Made by a program: the position numbers and the translations under genes
In this document: positions 1 through 9,437 of the stretch, piece by piece
How the letters are laid out: each line of letters opens with the position of its first letter
How positions within the stretch are numbered: position 1 is the stretch's first letter
Origin: a virus
Taxonomy: Duplodnaviria > Caudoviricetes
DNA length: 28,214 bases
Virus record (IMG/VR): IMGVR_UViG_3300046028_008305
Coordinates: 1 to 28,214 of that record
Strand: one strand, 5' to 3'
The notes under the pieces: generated by a model
What the model saw: only the letters and a program-made list of their open reading frames with translations
Told to the model about the DNA's origin: nothing
The model's database searches: none

Positions 1-168
1 ATAGTAAAGAAATTTATGTCTTGGGGCAAGTCTAAATGTATCGTCAACAAATGTTCTGGCAGCATGTTGCCAGTCACCCATGATTCCTTTTGGTTTAGTA
101 ATACCTCCGACAATACCGGTAAAGAAATTACCATCGCCGAGTAGATATCTTGTGAATTTATTTGCCAT
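1..168 (-). CDS. 5' part of a putative tail-tube-like/baseplate structural protein (runs off window edge)
   Basis: Manual translation from ATG 168: MANKFTRYLLGDGNFFTGIVGGITKPKGIMGDWQHAARTFVDDTFRLAPRHKFLYY, open to position 1. TAAATA lies 5 nt upstream, and the gene directly follows the tail tube gene. Product is inferred from context. Confidence 0.6.
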   Translation of the reverse strand, partial: MANKFTRYLLGDGNFFTGIVGGITKPKGIMGDWQHAARTFVDDTFRLAPRHKFLYY

Positions 169-173
169 ACAAT

Positions 174-181
174 TATTTATG
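174..181 (-). promoter_or_regulatory. T4-type late promoter-like motif CATAAATA
   Basis: 7/8 match to TATAAATA, 5 nt before ATG 168. Confidence 0.7.
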
Positions 182-185
182 TCAC

Positions 186-216
186 AAAAAAACCCGGTAT
201 AAAACCGGGTTCTTTT
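186..216 (-). terminator. Rho-independent terminator after tail tube gene
   Basis: Inverted repeat AACCCGGT-ataaa-ACCGGGTT (191-211) with a T-run on the minus strand (A-run 186-192), just downstream of the stop at 230. Confidence 0.85.
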
Positions 217-229
217 GAATCAATTAAGA

Positions 230-859
230 TTAAGCTGCGCCTGGAGTCAAACCAGTAATAGCTTGAGTAGCTGCTTGACGACCAACTAGCGTACCAACAC
301 CAACTGTACCAGCTTCGTGTAGGATGTTGTCGTATCTGATGCTTAGTGCAACTGTAGCAACTTCATTGGTTCCATAGTTCAAATCACCGTAGTCAGTGTT
401 TTGTAGGAAGCAACCAAAGCACTCAAATGTCTCAAGTACTTGTGGGCCTAGGGCACCGTTACCACCGTCTAATACTTCAACGCGAGTTGTGAACTTATAG
501 TCAATACCAGAACGAGCACTTGCCTGCTCTAGGAAGTCGAACTGCTTCTGAATTTGCTGACCAACTAACTTGATAACATTGCCTGCTGCGTCATCACGGA
601 CGTTTAAGGTCAACATTTCGTGCGTTGGTTTACCGCTTAGATAGATCTTTGAGTTGTAAATAGGAACTTCGATTTCTTCAAAAGCAATCTTAGGTCTACT
701 TACGTCAATGACCTGCTTGGTTAATTCTGTACTAGCCTGTGTACCGAAGCCAAGCAATGTCACTCTGAAGCGATACTTCAGTTTTGGCATCAACATACCA
801 GTGTTGGTACCAGGACCAGCTGGGTTGATCGAAAAGTTATTTAATGATGTAATTGGCAT
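230..859 (-). CDS. tail tube protein (T4 gp19-like)
   Basis: 209 aa, immediately downstream of the sheath. Tube-like motifs PKLKYRFRV, GKPTHEMLTLNVRDD and YGDLNYGTNEVATVALSIRYDN; SD GGAG upstream. Confidence 0.9.
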   Translation of the reverse strand: MPITSLNNFSINPAGPGTNTGMLMPKLKYRFRVTLLGFGTQASTELTKQVIDVSRPKIAFEEIEVPIYNSKIYLSGKPTHEMLTLNVRDDAAGNVIKLVGQQIQKQFDFLEQASARSGIDYKFTTRVEVLDGGNGALGPQVLETFECFGCFLQNTDYGDLNYGTNEVATVALSIRYDNILHEAGTVGVGTLVGRQAATQAITGLTPGAA

Positions 860-875
860 TTCTTTGCTCCGTTAA

Positions 876-3800
876 TTAAATTTCACCAGTATTCTTGATG
901 CGTACTGGGATGTAGATGAATTCTACGGCCTTGACTGGCTCAATAGCAATATCAACATACAACTCATTACGATCAACTCTACTTGGTGTGTTGTTTGACT
1001 CATCACAAACTACTGCAAAGTCATACAGAGCTCTTAGACCAACTAGTTCTAATAACAAGCTCTCTACTGCGCCTTTGATTTCATCACGAGTGATAGAATC
1101 GTTTGGTTCAAACACATATGGGCGAGCTAGTTTTGATAGCTGGCTTCTTAGATAAACAACTAGACGAGCTACGTTGATTCTATCTAGTGCGCTGGCATTT
1201 CTAGCACGAGTCTTCTGACCATAAGCAACTAGTCCAACACCAACAAAGAATGGAATCGGATTAACTTTTAGATCATAAAGCACATCTCTTGTACCTTCGT
1301 TCAATGCAACAGTTTGGAATTCACCGCTTAGTGCATCAATGTAACCTACGCTGGTTGCGTTAGTAATACCACCGCGTCTTGTACCTGCTGGTGCAAACCA
1401 CGGATAGCTAACTTGGTCGCTTAGTGCGTATGTCTTCAACATCATGTGTGATGCTGGAACAACTGCGTTAGCACCGCCTAGGTCTGTGGTAAATCCGTTT
1501 GGATAGTAAACTGCGCAATATTCGTCATAGCTAACAATACCGTCATCACCGTTGTCTGTTACTAGAGCAGCATTAGTACCCCAGTTTAACAATGATGTAG
1601 CATCGCTTGGTAGACGCAATGGTGTGTCACCGATAACGAACGCTGTTTGACCACGATCAATGTTCAAGCTGATCAAGTTCTGTAGCGTCTCTGGATATCC
1701 AGGAGCAGCGATCAGGTTGAAGTTTCTACGCTCTTCGTCACGGATTTCTTGGCTAGTGTCGATAACTGACTTCATTGCCTGTACAACAACTTTACGCTGT
1801 GCATGACGACCAAAGCTGCCAGAACCGTCTTCGTTGTTACCACTTTCTGTAGTCCAACGATCTGACCAATAACCACTCATGCTTTCGCCTGAAACAAATG
1901 CGTTACCAGCTAGGGTAGCAGCACCAGTTCTTGCATTGTCTGCATTTAGGTCAATGTAGCTGTTTTGATATTTCTTAACGTTACCACCACTTCTGCGTAG
2001 GTTCCATAGCAACATACCTTTTGGATATAGTGCTGGATCTGGAGCATCTGGGTCTAAGTAGTTGTTGGCTAACAAGTCAGCAATAGTGCTTGGTGTGCTT
2101 GATGCACCACTAGTTGCCCAACGAGCATCAGCAAATAAAACACCTTGATCTGTAATTTGATCTGTCTTGTCAACTAATACCCACTCTAAGTTTAAACCGT
2201 CCCATTTGTAAATTGTTGGGAAATTTTCCATGTCAGCTGTGCTGATCCATAGATCACCGTTGACTAGTGCTGAACTGTCGCTTTGTCCGTTAGCTGCTGC
2301 TGGAGCAGTAGCACCTACAATTGGGCCACCTGGGCTTGTTTGTAATAGTGGATCAGCGTTGTAGTAAGGGCTTGTAGAATGCTTGTAACCAACCCATGTA
2401 CGACCGTTATGAATCATCATATCAACTTCAGCAAAACTGTTGTTGTACCATAGTTGTCCGTCTGTTGGCTCGTTTAAAGGAGCATCTGGACTTGCTGCAA
2501 AACCATTTGTGGCTTCGTCGGCTAGTGGGCGCCAGTTAGTAACAATATAATCTTCTGCTGCTTCTGTAGGGGCAGTGTAGAAGTTAGCTGTACCAACTTC
2601 TGTAACCACATTATAAGGTGTAAACAATGCTGCTACAGGGTTTCCTGTGCCGCCTGCGTCAGTTAAACGAATCTCACCACCAACCTTATGGCTTAGTGTA
2701 ATTGTATTGTCGGCTGTAACTGCTGCTTCAATGTGATTTGTAACGGCTGCGCCAGCTGTGTCAGTCATTGAAATAGCATTAATAGCTGCTGCTAATGTTT
2801 CAGCATCAGCTGTAGAACCTGCTGCGGTGAAACTAACTGTTGTTGCTGCAGAAAGTGCTAGACTACCTTTGATAGTTTGTTTAATAGTAAATGTTCTAGC
2901 ACCTGCTGCAAATGTACTTGCAGTAATTGCTGCGGATTCAACAACAGTTGAACCTGTAGTTGCTCGTCTCCAAACACGGAAGCTCAACTCTTTGAAAGTT
3001 GTGTCACGATCATCTGGTTCTGCATCTGTCCCGTCAGCATAACTGAATTGTTCTTCAGCATTAGCTAGAACATAGATACTGTCAGCTGGAATGTTTGTAC
3101 CACCGCCACTACGGTCTAGGTAATACAATGAACTTGCACTAGTGTCATAGATCGGAGCATCGTAGGCCACCCATGCACTAGTTGCAGAATTCCAACGCTT
3201 AACTCTCCAACGAGCGCCTTCACCTGGCTCAGTTGTTTTTAACCATACACTTCCAGTTGGCTTTGGCTCAGTGTCGCCAGACTTAAATTCTGGAACTGCT
3301 GTGTGAGGAGCAATAGACAATGTTGGAGGAAAGTATTCGCCTGCCTTAATACCAATGTCGCTGGCCGTTACTGTAGCTGCAATAATGTCACCAGTGCCTG
3401 CTGCTAAAACAATACTACCAGAGCTTGTTGAGTCAGCTTGACCTTCTGTTGCACCGTTGCTGTATAGATAAATCTTGTTGTTTACTAGTTTAGCATATAC
3501 GCCTGCGCTTCCGCCCATTGCTGTATTGATATCGCCAACTAGACTTGCTGGAGTTGTTCCCGATGCAGTAATCAATGTACCATTCAATGAGAATGTATCA
3601 CTAACTGACCATGCACCTGTACCAGTAACAGTTTTAGAAGTAACTGTTGGCCAACTAGCTGCCCAACCACCGCCACCTACTTTAACCCATGTACCTGCTG
3701 ACACTAGACTACCACTTTCGTTGTAGCCGCCGCCTGGGCTCTTGAAATAAATTCTTGCTAGTTCTTTGGTTACTGAACCAGTTTCAAATACTACCGCATA

Positions 3801-4379
3801 ATCGCCAATAGATCCAACGGATCCTCTTGGTGCATTACTGGTAATTTTTGTTGTTGCATCGTCGTCTGTTAGAACGATTGGCTCTTTCATTGTGAATGTT
3901 TGACCGCCTGTGGTGTCACCGGCTGCGCCATTCCATTCAAAGATACCGTATGTTGTGCCGCGAGTATCAACCCACCATGCACCATCTGTTGGCTCTGCAC
4001 CTGGCTCTGTTGCTGTGCCTTCTAGCTCGTTTAGGTTAACATCAGCACGTACAATAAATGCACTTGCCGAAACACCTAGATAGCTGTAAGCTGCCAATAG
4101 ACCGTATTCGTTGCGCTCACTACCGTGAATTGGTGTGTTGCTAGGTGTCTTTTCAAAGAAAGGAACACCAAACAAATCGCCTACATCTTTCTGACTTGTT
4201 AGTCTAAATGCTTTTCCAGCATTTGCTTTTGTTGTAGCAGTAGCAGTGCCTGTGCCTGCTCCATTGCTTTTATCCTGTGCTGTGGCTACGACGATAAGAG
4301 GAGTGGTACCAGGTTCAGCTGGTGTATAAAAGCTCTCATCAATTATCGTAACTTGTACGCCTGGGGAAACTAGTGCCAT
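876..4379 (-). CDS. contractile tail sheath protein (T4 gp18-like), enlarged
   Basis: N-terminal MALVSPGVQVTIIDES and C-terminal YPWFAPAGTRRG, LDRINVARL, FEPND, IEPVKAVEFIYIP sheath motifs. Start moved to ATG 4379 because AGGAG lies just upstream; 1167 aa. Confidence 0.96.
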   Translation of the reverse strand: MALVSPGVQVTIIDESFYTPAEPGTTPLIVVATAQDKSNGAGTGTATATTKANAGKAFRLTSQKDVGDLFGVPFFEKTPSNTPIHGSERNEYGLLAAYSYLGVSASAFIVRADVNLNELEGTATEPGAEPTDGAWWVDTRGTTYGIFEWNGAAGDTTGGQTFTMKEPIVLTDDDATTKITSNAPRGSVGSIGDYAVVFETGSVTKELARIYFKSPGGGYNESGSLVSAGTWVKVGGGGWAASWPTVTSKTVTGTGAWSVSDTFSLNGTLITASGTTPASLVGDINTAMGGSAGVYAKLVNNKIYLYSNGATEGQADSTSSGSIVLAAGTGDIIAATVTASDIGIKAGEYFPPTLSIAPHTAVPEFKSGDTEPKPTGSVWLKTTEPGEGARWRVKRWNSATSAWVAYDAPIYDTSASSLYYLDRSGGGTNIPADSIYVLANAEEQFSYADGTDAEPDDRDTTFKELSFRVWRRATTGSTVVESAAITASTFAAGARTFTIKQTIKGSLALSAATTVSFTAAGSTADAETLAAAINAISMTDTAGAAVTNHIEAAVTADNTITLSHKVGGEIRLTDAGGTGNPVAALFTPYNVVTEVGTANFYTAPTEAAEDYIVTNWRPLADEATNGFAASPDAPLNEPTDGQLWYNNSFAEVDMMIHNGRTWVGYKHSTSPYYNADPLLQTSPGGPIVGATAPAAANGQSDSSALVNGDLWISTADMENFPTIYKWDGLNLEWVLVDKTDQITDQGVLFADARWATSGASSTPSTIADLLANNYLDPDAPDPALYPKGMLLWNLRRSGGNVKKYQNSYIDLNADNARTGAATLAGNAFVSGESMSGYWSDRWTTESGNNEDGSGSFGRHAQRKVVVQAMKSVIDTSQEIRDEERRNFNLIAAPGYPETLQNLISLNIDRGQTAFVIGDTPLRLPSDATSLLNWGTNAALVTDNGDDGIVSYDEYCAVYYPNGFTTDLGGANAVVPASHMMLKTYALSDQVSYPWFAPAGTRRGGITNATSVGYIDALSGEFQTVALNEGTRDVLYDLKVNPIPFFVGVGLVAYGQKTRARNASALDRINVARLVVYLRSQLSKLARPYVFEPNDSITRDEIKGAVESLLLELVGLRALYDFAVVCDESNNTPSRVDRNELYVDIAIEPVKAVEFIYIPVRIKNTGEI

Positions 4380-4411
4380 ATCGTTATCTCCTGAGTTTAG
4401 TTCTCTCATAA

Positions 4412-4419
4412 TATTTAGC
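4412..4419 (-). promoter_or_regulatory. late promoter-like motif GCTAAATA for sheath-tube operon
   Basis: TAAATA core at 4417-4412, about 32 nt upstream of the sheath start. Confidence 0.65.
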
Positions 4420-4471
4420 GTAGTCTAGGAAAAATGGGCACTTATAGCATATTGAAAAGGGGCTGAAAAGG

Positions 4472-4479
4472 TGTAAATA
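4472..4479 (+). promoter_or_regulatory. late promoter-like motif TGTAAATA
   Basis: TAAATA 5 nt upstream of ATG 4485, no SD. Confidence 0.65.
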
Positions 4480-4484
4480 TCTGT

Positions 4485-4820
4485 ATGCGTCCACTTTGCA
4501 AATGCGGTTTAAGACCCCGTGCGGTTAACTATAAGAAAAACAACAGAGTCTATTATCGTAGCCTCTGTGAGATCTGTATGGCACACGGAGTTAATCATGG
4601 GATACCCCGCTGGTTTAGAGCAGGGTATAGGATGAAGTCACAATGTGATCGTTGTGGATTTAAGAGTGTACACCGTGACCCGTTTAGGGTATTTCACGTT
4701 GATGGCAATCTAGATAATTGTCGCCCTGCAAATTTAAAAACTGTCTGTGCTAATTGTGCTCAGGTATTAGCCAAGGACGGAGTTAACTGGAAGCAGGGAG
4801 ATCTCGTTGCTGACTATTAG
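4485..4820 (+). CDS. zinc-finger HNH endonuclease-like protein
   Basis: CKCG, CEIC and CDRCG Cys pairs plus the HNH-type motif FHVDGNLDNCRPANLKTVCANC. Confidence 0.75.
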   Translation: MRPLCKCGLRPRAVNYKKNNRVYYRSLCEICMAHGVNHGIPRWFRAGYRMKSQCDRCGFKSVHRDPFRVFHVDGNLDNCRPANLKTVCANCAQVLAKDGVNWKQGDLVADY

Positions 4821-5420
4821 TTTGGCCTGTTGATACAGGTCGTCAATTGATCGATTGTTGTCAATGATAGTATCAAAATCTGTTCCGACCCAGGCTGTTT
4901 CACTGGCGTGAATTTTGCGCATTTTAAGATCTTGGACTGCATAGTTGTGTCCTAAATTGGCTTCAATGGCAGTATCATACCAATCAGGTAATTCGCCTCG
5001 TTGTACCCATACAATTTTTCCACCAGCATCTCGAATACTTTGTATTTCGTTAGGAAAGCGGCAATCACTGATCACTACATTGTCTTTGCTGTTACGGAGT
5101 TTGTTTTCTAGGCTGGCTATCCATATATCATCATGAAATGCTTTACGACAAACTTCTGTACCCCAGTATTGTAGTACCCAACGTGGAGTTAGTGTAGGCA
5201 TTGCTAGTCGTTCAGCCCACCACGGATCCACTTGTTCTCGCCATTCACGAGCTTCTTTTGTACGACCTTCTAGCAAAGTTCTGTCCCAACCGAACACTGC
5301 TGCCACTGCATCTTTAAGAGTGCTGGCAAAACTTTCGCGTCTAAATTCGTGGAAGTTAACAAGGTAATCAGCAACTGTATCTTTTCCGCTGCCAATGAAT
5401 CCGCATATTCCTATAATCAT
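4767..5420 (-). CDS. deoxynucleoside monophosphate kinase (T4 gp1-like)
   Basis: P-loop IIGICGFIGSGKDT, plus FASTLKD, PRWVLQYWGTEVCR, VISDCRFPNE and HASE; SD AGGAG. Confidence 0.92.
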   Translation of the reverse strand: MIIGICGFIGSGKDTVADYLVNFHEFRRESFASTLKDAVAAVFGWDRTLLEGRTKEAREWREQVDPWWAERLAMPTLTPRWVLQYWGTEVCRKAFHDDIWIASLENKLRNSKDNVVISDCRFPNEIQSIRDAGGKIVWVQRGELPDWYDTAIEANLGHNYAVQDLKMRKIHASETAWVGTDFDTIIDNNRSIDDLYQQAKLIVSNEISLLPVNSVLG

Positions 5421-5439
5421 AAATGTCTCCTATAAGACA

Positions 5440-5468
5440 AGTATACTATAGAATAATTACAAGGTCAA
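5440..5468 (-). promoter_or_regulatory. sigma70-type (early) promoter of dNMP kinase
   Basis: TTGACC (5468-5463), 17-nt spacer, TATACT (5445-5440). Confidence 0.8.
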
Positions 5469-5474
5469 ATCTGT

Positions 5475-6233
5475 TTAACCAATTATGAAACTGTAACCAG
5501 ATCCACCGGATACCAGTGTTTCTAATTCTTTAGTTAGTCTTTCCAAATCAGTCTGCGCTTCGGCTTTCATAGCTGCACCGTTTAGTGAGCTACCGCCTTG
5601 TGGGCCGGCAATTTGAGCAAACTTTTCACGGGCTTGTCCTAGCATCATCTTGCAGTTGGCTAGACTATAATCTTTTATCCATTGTCCTGCATAGGTATCA
5701 TTGATGATAGCAAAGTCTGGACGAGTGTTATATACCCATAACATTACTTCTTCGTCACCACGGGGCCGTTGTTGAATAATCAACTTGCGATGTGTTGGGT
5801 GCCATGTAAAGTTGATAAATGATCCAAACATCTTACCTACTAGTTCCTGATACTGACTGAACAATTCATAGGTTAGTAGGCCGCCCATGTTAGTCGATGA
5901 CAACAAATAGGTATTAGTGTAGGCAAGGTTGAACGGTTCAAACACTGTGCCGCCGGTGCCGTTGCCACTTCTCGAACCAACGCTGCGTCTAAAAATTTGT
6001 CGAACCTGCTGTATTTCTTTTGGAAGAATATACTCATTAGTATCTTGTCTTAGCGTCATAAACGCATAGCTTTCTTCTACTGAGTTATCACTTCTTTGTC
6101 GAAACACCGCTAAACTACGAGCTAGTGCTATTTCGTAATGCTGTGGGTCTAGTTCAATATCGATCATGCCGTCACCCAGCATGAGTTTGCAGTAGTCGTA
6201 GACTTCTTTTTTGGCTTGATCTATTTGGTTCAT
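5475..6233 (-). CDS. neck protein (T4 gp13-like)
   Basis: LMLGDGMIDIELDPQH N-terminus and WIKDYSLANCKMMLGQAREKF...GPQGGSSLNG C-terminus; adjacent to gp14/gp15-like genes. Confidence 0.8.
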   Translation of the reverse strand: MNQIDQAKKEVYDYCKLMLGDGMIDIELDPQHYEIALARSLAVFRQRSDNSVEESYAFMTLRQDTNEYILPKEIQQVRQIFRRSVGSRSGNGTGGTVFEPFNLAYTNTYLLSSTNMGGLLTYELFSQYQELVGKMFGSFINFTWHPTHRKLIIQQRPRGDEEVMLWVYNTRPDFAIINDTYAGQWIKDYSLANCKMMLGQAREKFAQIAGPQGGSSLNGAAMKAEAQTDLERLTKELETLVSGGSGYSFIIG

Positions 6234-6238
6234 ACAAC

Positions 6239-6259
6239 TATTTATCGTAGCGGTAAATA
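6239..6259. promoter_or_regulatory. back-to-back divergent late promoter-like motifs
   Basis: Minus-strand GATAAATA (6246-6239) is 5 nt before ATG 6233; plus-strand GGTAAATA (6252-6259) is 7 nt before ATG 6267. Confidence 0.75.
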
Positions 6260-6266
6260 TACTACT

Positions 6267-7547
6267 ATGCCAAGACTCAGCTTATACCGCCCAGAAAAGG
6301 GCAACGATTACAAATTCATTGACAAATCCGTTTGGGAAATGTTCCAAATTGGCGGTACTGATGTGCTGGTTCACAAGTATGTTGGGCCCGGAGCCGCTAC
6401 ACAGGGCGATACTCCGAGCACTCCAAACTACGGTACTTCTAACGAAACGCAAATTCAAGATCTGTTGTTTTTAGAAAACAGAGATCGCAAGTACGATCCA
6501 GACATTTATCTGTTGCGTGGAGTTTATAACCTAGCAGATATTGATTTTAATCTAAGTCAATTTGGCCTGTTTTTACAAAATGATACTATTTTTATGACTT
6601 TTCATATCAACGATACTGTGGAAAAAATAGGTCGTAAGATCATGAGCGGTGATGTTATTGAACTGCCGCACCTAAAAGATGAACATGCCTTAAACAATTT
6701 ACAATTTGCTCTCAAACGATTCTATGTTGTTGAAGAAGTTAATAGGGCCGCAGAAGGATTCTCAGTAACTTGGTATCCGCACCTATATCGTGCAAAATGT
6801 AAACCACTGGTTGACAGTCAAGAATTTAAACAGATACTTGATGGGGTTGCAGAAGAAGGCAGTAATACCACACTGCGCGACATCATGTCAACTTATGAAA
6901 AAGAAATGCAGATTACTGCTGCGGTGCTGGATCAAGCAGAAGCGGATGCTCCAAAGAGCGGATTTGATACTACACAGTTTTATCACTTGCAACGAGGTCC
7001 TGATGGTAATCCTCAACTGATCAGTGCTGATCTAGAAACAACTTTTATCACAGACAATCAACCGCAGGCCACTGATGAGAATGGTGCTCCGCTATTTGAC
7101 ACTGAAGGTAATCCGATATATGCAGGTGTTACTGCTGATCAAACTTATAGAACTATTGAGCGTGGTGGCTATGGAGAAATAAACGGCAATACAGATACTT
7201 GGTTGGCAGACGCAATCCCTGCCAATGGTGCTAGATTTACTGCTGGTATTGCTTTTCCAGCAACACCACAGGAAGGGCAATTCTGTCTACGAACAGATTA
7301 CTTGCCTACTCGACTGTTTAGATACAGCGGTACACGCTGGATCAAGATTGAGGACAATGTGAGGATGACCATGAACAACTTAGGCGCTAGCGATGTTGGC
7401 ACCGGCGATAGATTTGTTGGCAAAGATGTTAGACAAACACAAAAAGCATCGTTTGTTAACAATCCTAACCAAACAACAATTAACGGTAAGGTGGTTAAAG
7501 AGAAACAGAGCTTGTCAAAAGCTCTTAGACCAGAGGCGGACGAATAA
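6267..7547 (+). CDS. neck/head-completion protein (T4 gp14-like) with C-terminal extension
   Basis: DFNLSQFGLFLQND, GDVIELPHL, FYVVEEV...EGFS..WYPHLY gp14-like core. Start reassigned to ATG 6267 (MPRLSLY), after the TAAATA motif and clear of gp13. Confidence 0.75.
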   Translation: MPRLSLYRPEKGNDYKFIDKSVWEMFQIGGTDVLVHKYVGPGAATQGDTPSTPNYGTSNETQIQDLLFLENRDRKYDPDIYLLRGVYNLADIDFNLSQFGLFLQNDTIFMTFHINDTVEKIGRKIMSGDVIELPHLKDEHALNNLQFALKRFYVVEEVNRAAEGFSVTWYPHLYRAKCKPLVDSQEFKQILDGVAEEGSNTTLRDIMSTYEKEMQITAAVLDQAEADAPKSGFDTTQFYHLQRGPDGNPQLISADLETTFITDNQPQATDENGAPLFDTEGNPIYAGVTADQTYRTIERGGYGEINGNTDTWLADAIPANGARFTAGIAFPATPQEGQFCLRTDYLPTRLFRYSGTRWIKIEDNVRMTMNNLGASDVGTGDRFVGKDVRQTQKASFVNNPNQTTINGKVVKEKQSLSKALRPEADE

Positions 7548-9427
7548 TGGACTTTCACTACGACGGTCAAATACGCAGATATGTAACACAGTTCATGCGT
7601 GTGTTTATTGGATTTAAATATCAAACGGGCGATAAAGAAGAACGACTAGTACCTGTTATGTACGGTGACTTGACTAGACAAGTGGCCAGTATCATCAAAG
7701 ATAACAGCGAAAACAAAATGCCTACTGTTCCCCGTATTTCTTGTTATATCACAGGATTAGAATTAGATACCAGCAGACTAGCAGACAGCACATTTGTTAG
7801 TAAGGTAAATGTACGAGAACGCACCTATGAAGATGTTGCAGGGCAACGAGTATATGGTACTGAACAAGGTGCAGGGTATACTGTTGAAAGACTGATGCCA
7901 ACTCCGTTTAAGCTGCGAGTCAAAGCAGATGTGTGGACATCTAATACAGATCAAAAACTGCAATTGCTTGAGCAAATATTAATTTTGTTTAATCCAAGTC
8001 TTGAAGTTCAGACCACAGACAACTATGTTGATTGGACTAGTCTCAGTGTAATCTATCTTACCAGTACCAATTTTAGTTCTAGGTCAATACCACAAGGTAC
8101 AGATACAGATATAGACATTGCCAGTTTAGAATTCGAAATGCCTATATACATCAGTCCTCCTACCAAAGTCAAGAAGCTAGGTGTTGTTCGTGCAGTTATC
8201 AACAACATGTTTACCAATACAGGCGATGCAGTTAACATCAACAATTTAATTTATAATGACGGCGATCTTCAAACCGCAATTGAATACAAACGCTACGGAA
8301 TTGTTATGCTCAAAGCAGACAACGGTGTTGCTGGAGATTACAATATCAGTATTGTTGATGTTGGACAGGCTGTACTCGACGCTGGTCTAGATTTACCTCC
8401 TGAAAAGATTGGTAAGAAACTTGACTGGCAGTTGGTATTAGATCAGTATGGTGGTTATAAACAAGGTGTTAGTAGAATTACTTTTAAACAACCTAATGGT
8501 AGTGAACTAGTTGGTTCTATCGCTGTTAACCCTATAGATCCTACTCTGTTAGTTGTATCTATGGATATGGATACTGTTCCAGGCAACACTTTAATAACCA
8601 CAGGCAGATATCCCGATAACACAGTTTATACCAGTGTGCGTTCAGCAAGCAAAGGCACAATAGATGCTATTATTAATCCCTATAACTTTAATCCCCTAAC
8701 CACATACGGATCAAAAGCAAATTATCCTGTTGGTTTGAGATATCTAATGTTGGATGATCTAAACATGTTCCTTGCACCAACTCGGGCGGCCAGCATCGCT
8801 ACCAATATCATTGACACTGACATAGATTATTATAGAATTGTTAGACCAGATCAACGACAAAAGGCCAGTGCTTCTAACTTGCCAAGAAGTTACAGCAACA
8901 TATATCAAACCAAAGTGTATGTTAACGGCGTTGAAGTAGGATTTACAGAAGTTGAAGATGGTGGATTATTTGAAACTTTTTCGTCAACCAGTTACAGAAC
9001 AGTGTCAGGCAAGTATAAAATACGACTGAATGAATTTCCTCCGCTAGAAGACAGCAATGGCGATGCCAGTGTTATAAAATATACCATTGAGAAATATACC
9101 TATCCAGACTGGTTCTCAGAAGGTGATGATCCCGATACCGAAACTGTTGAAACTGATGTCTACTTGCCAGGTAAGCCAGAGCGTAGTTCAGGACCAACTG
9201 CTTGGAAAAATCTAGACGATTCAGATACCTACATCAAGGCCAACAGCATTATTGAATGGAATGGCAGTCGTTGGGTCAGTGTTTTTGATCCGGAAGAAGT
9301 CACAACCAATCTATATATTACTAATCTACGAACTGGTATACAATATAAATGGGATGGAGTTCAGTGGTTGAAATCCTTTGAGGGTGAGTACTTGCCAGGA
9401 TCTTGGAGATTGACTCTAAATCCGTAA
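7547..9427 (+). CDS. tail sheath stabiliser/terminator (T4 gp15-like) with long C-terminal extension
   Basis: HYDGQIRRYVTQFMRVF, VPVMYG, PRIS, QLLEQILILFNPS gp15 motifs; TAATG coupling to the gp14-like gene. Confidence 0.85.
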   Translation: MDFHYDGQIRRYVTQFMRVFIGFKYQTGDKEERLVPVMYGDLTRQVASIIKDNSENKMPTVPRISCYITGLELDTSRLADSTFVSKVNVRERTYEDVAGQRVYGTEQGAGYTVERLMPTPFKLRVKADVWTSNTDQKLQLLEQILILFNPSLEVQTTDNYVDWTSLSVIYLTSTNFSSRSIPQGTDTDIDIASLEFEMPIYISPPTKVKKLGVVRAVINNMFTNTGDAVNINNLIYNDGDLQTAIEYKRYGIVMLKADNGVAGDYNISIVDVGQAVLDAGLDLPPEKIGKKLDWQLVLDQYGGYKQGVSRITFKQPNGSELVGSIAVNPIDPTLLVVSMDMDTVPGNTLITTGRYPDNTVYTSVRSASKGTIDAIINPYNFNPLTTYGSKANYPVGLRYLMLDDLNMFLAPTRAASIATNIIDTDIDYYRIVRPDQRQKASASNLPRSYSNIYQTKVYVNGVEVGFTEVEDGGLFETFSSTSYRTVSGKYKIRLNEFPPLEDSNGDASVIKYTIEKYTYPDWFSEGDDPDTETVETDVYLPGKPERSSGPTAWKNLDDSDTYIKANSIIEWNGSRWVSVFDPEEVTTNLYITNLRTGIQYKWDGVQWLKSFEGEYLPGSWRLTLNP

Positions 9428-9437
9428 TAAGTACTGG

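Noticed and set aside
916-3726. Short plus-strand ORFs (916, 2758, 3475) inside the sheath gene
   Set aside because: Antisense shadows of the sheath coding frame
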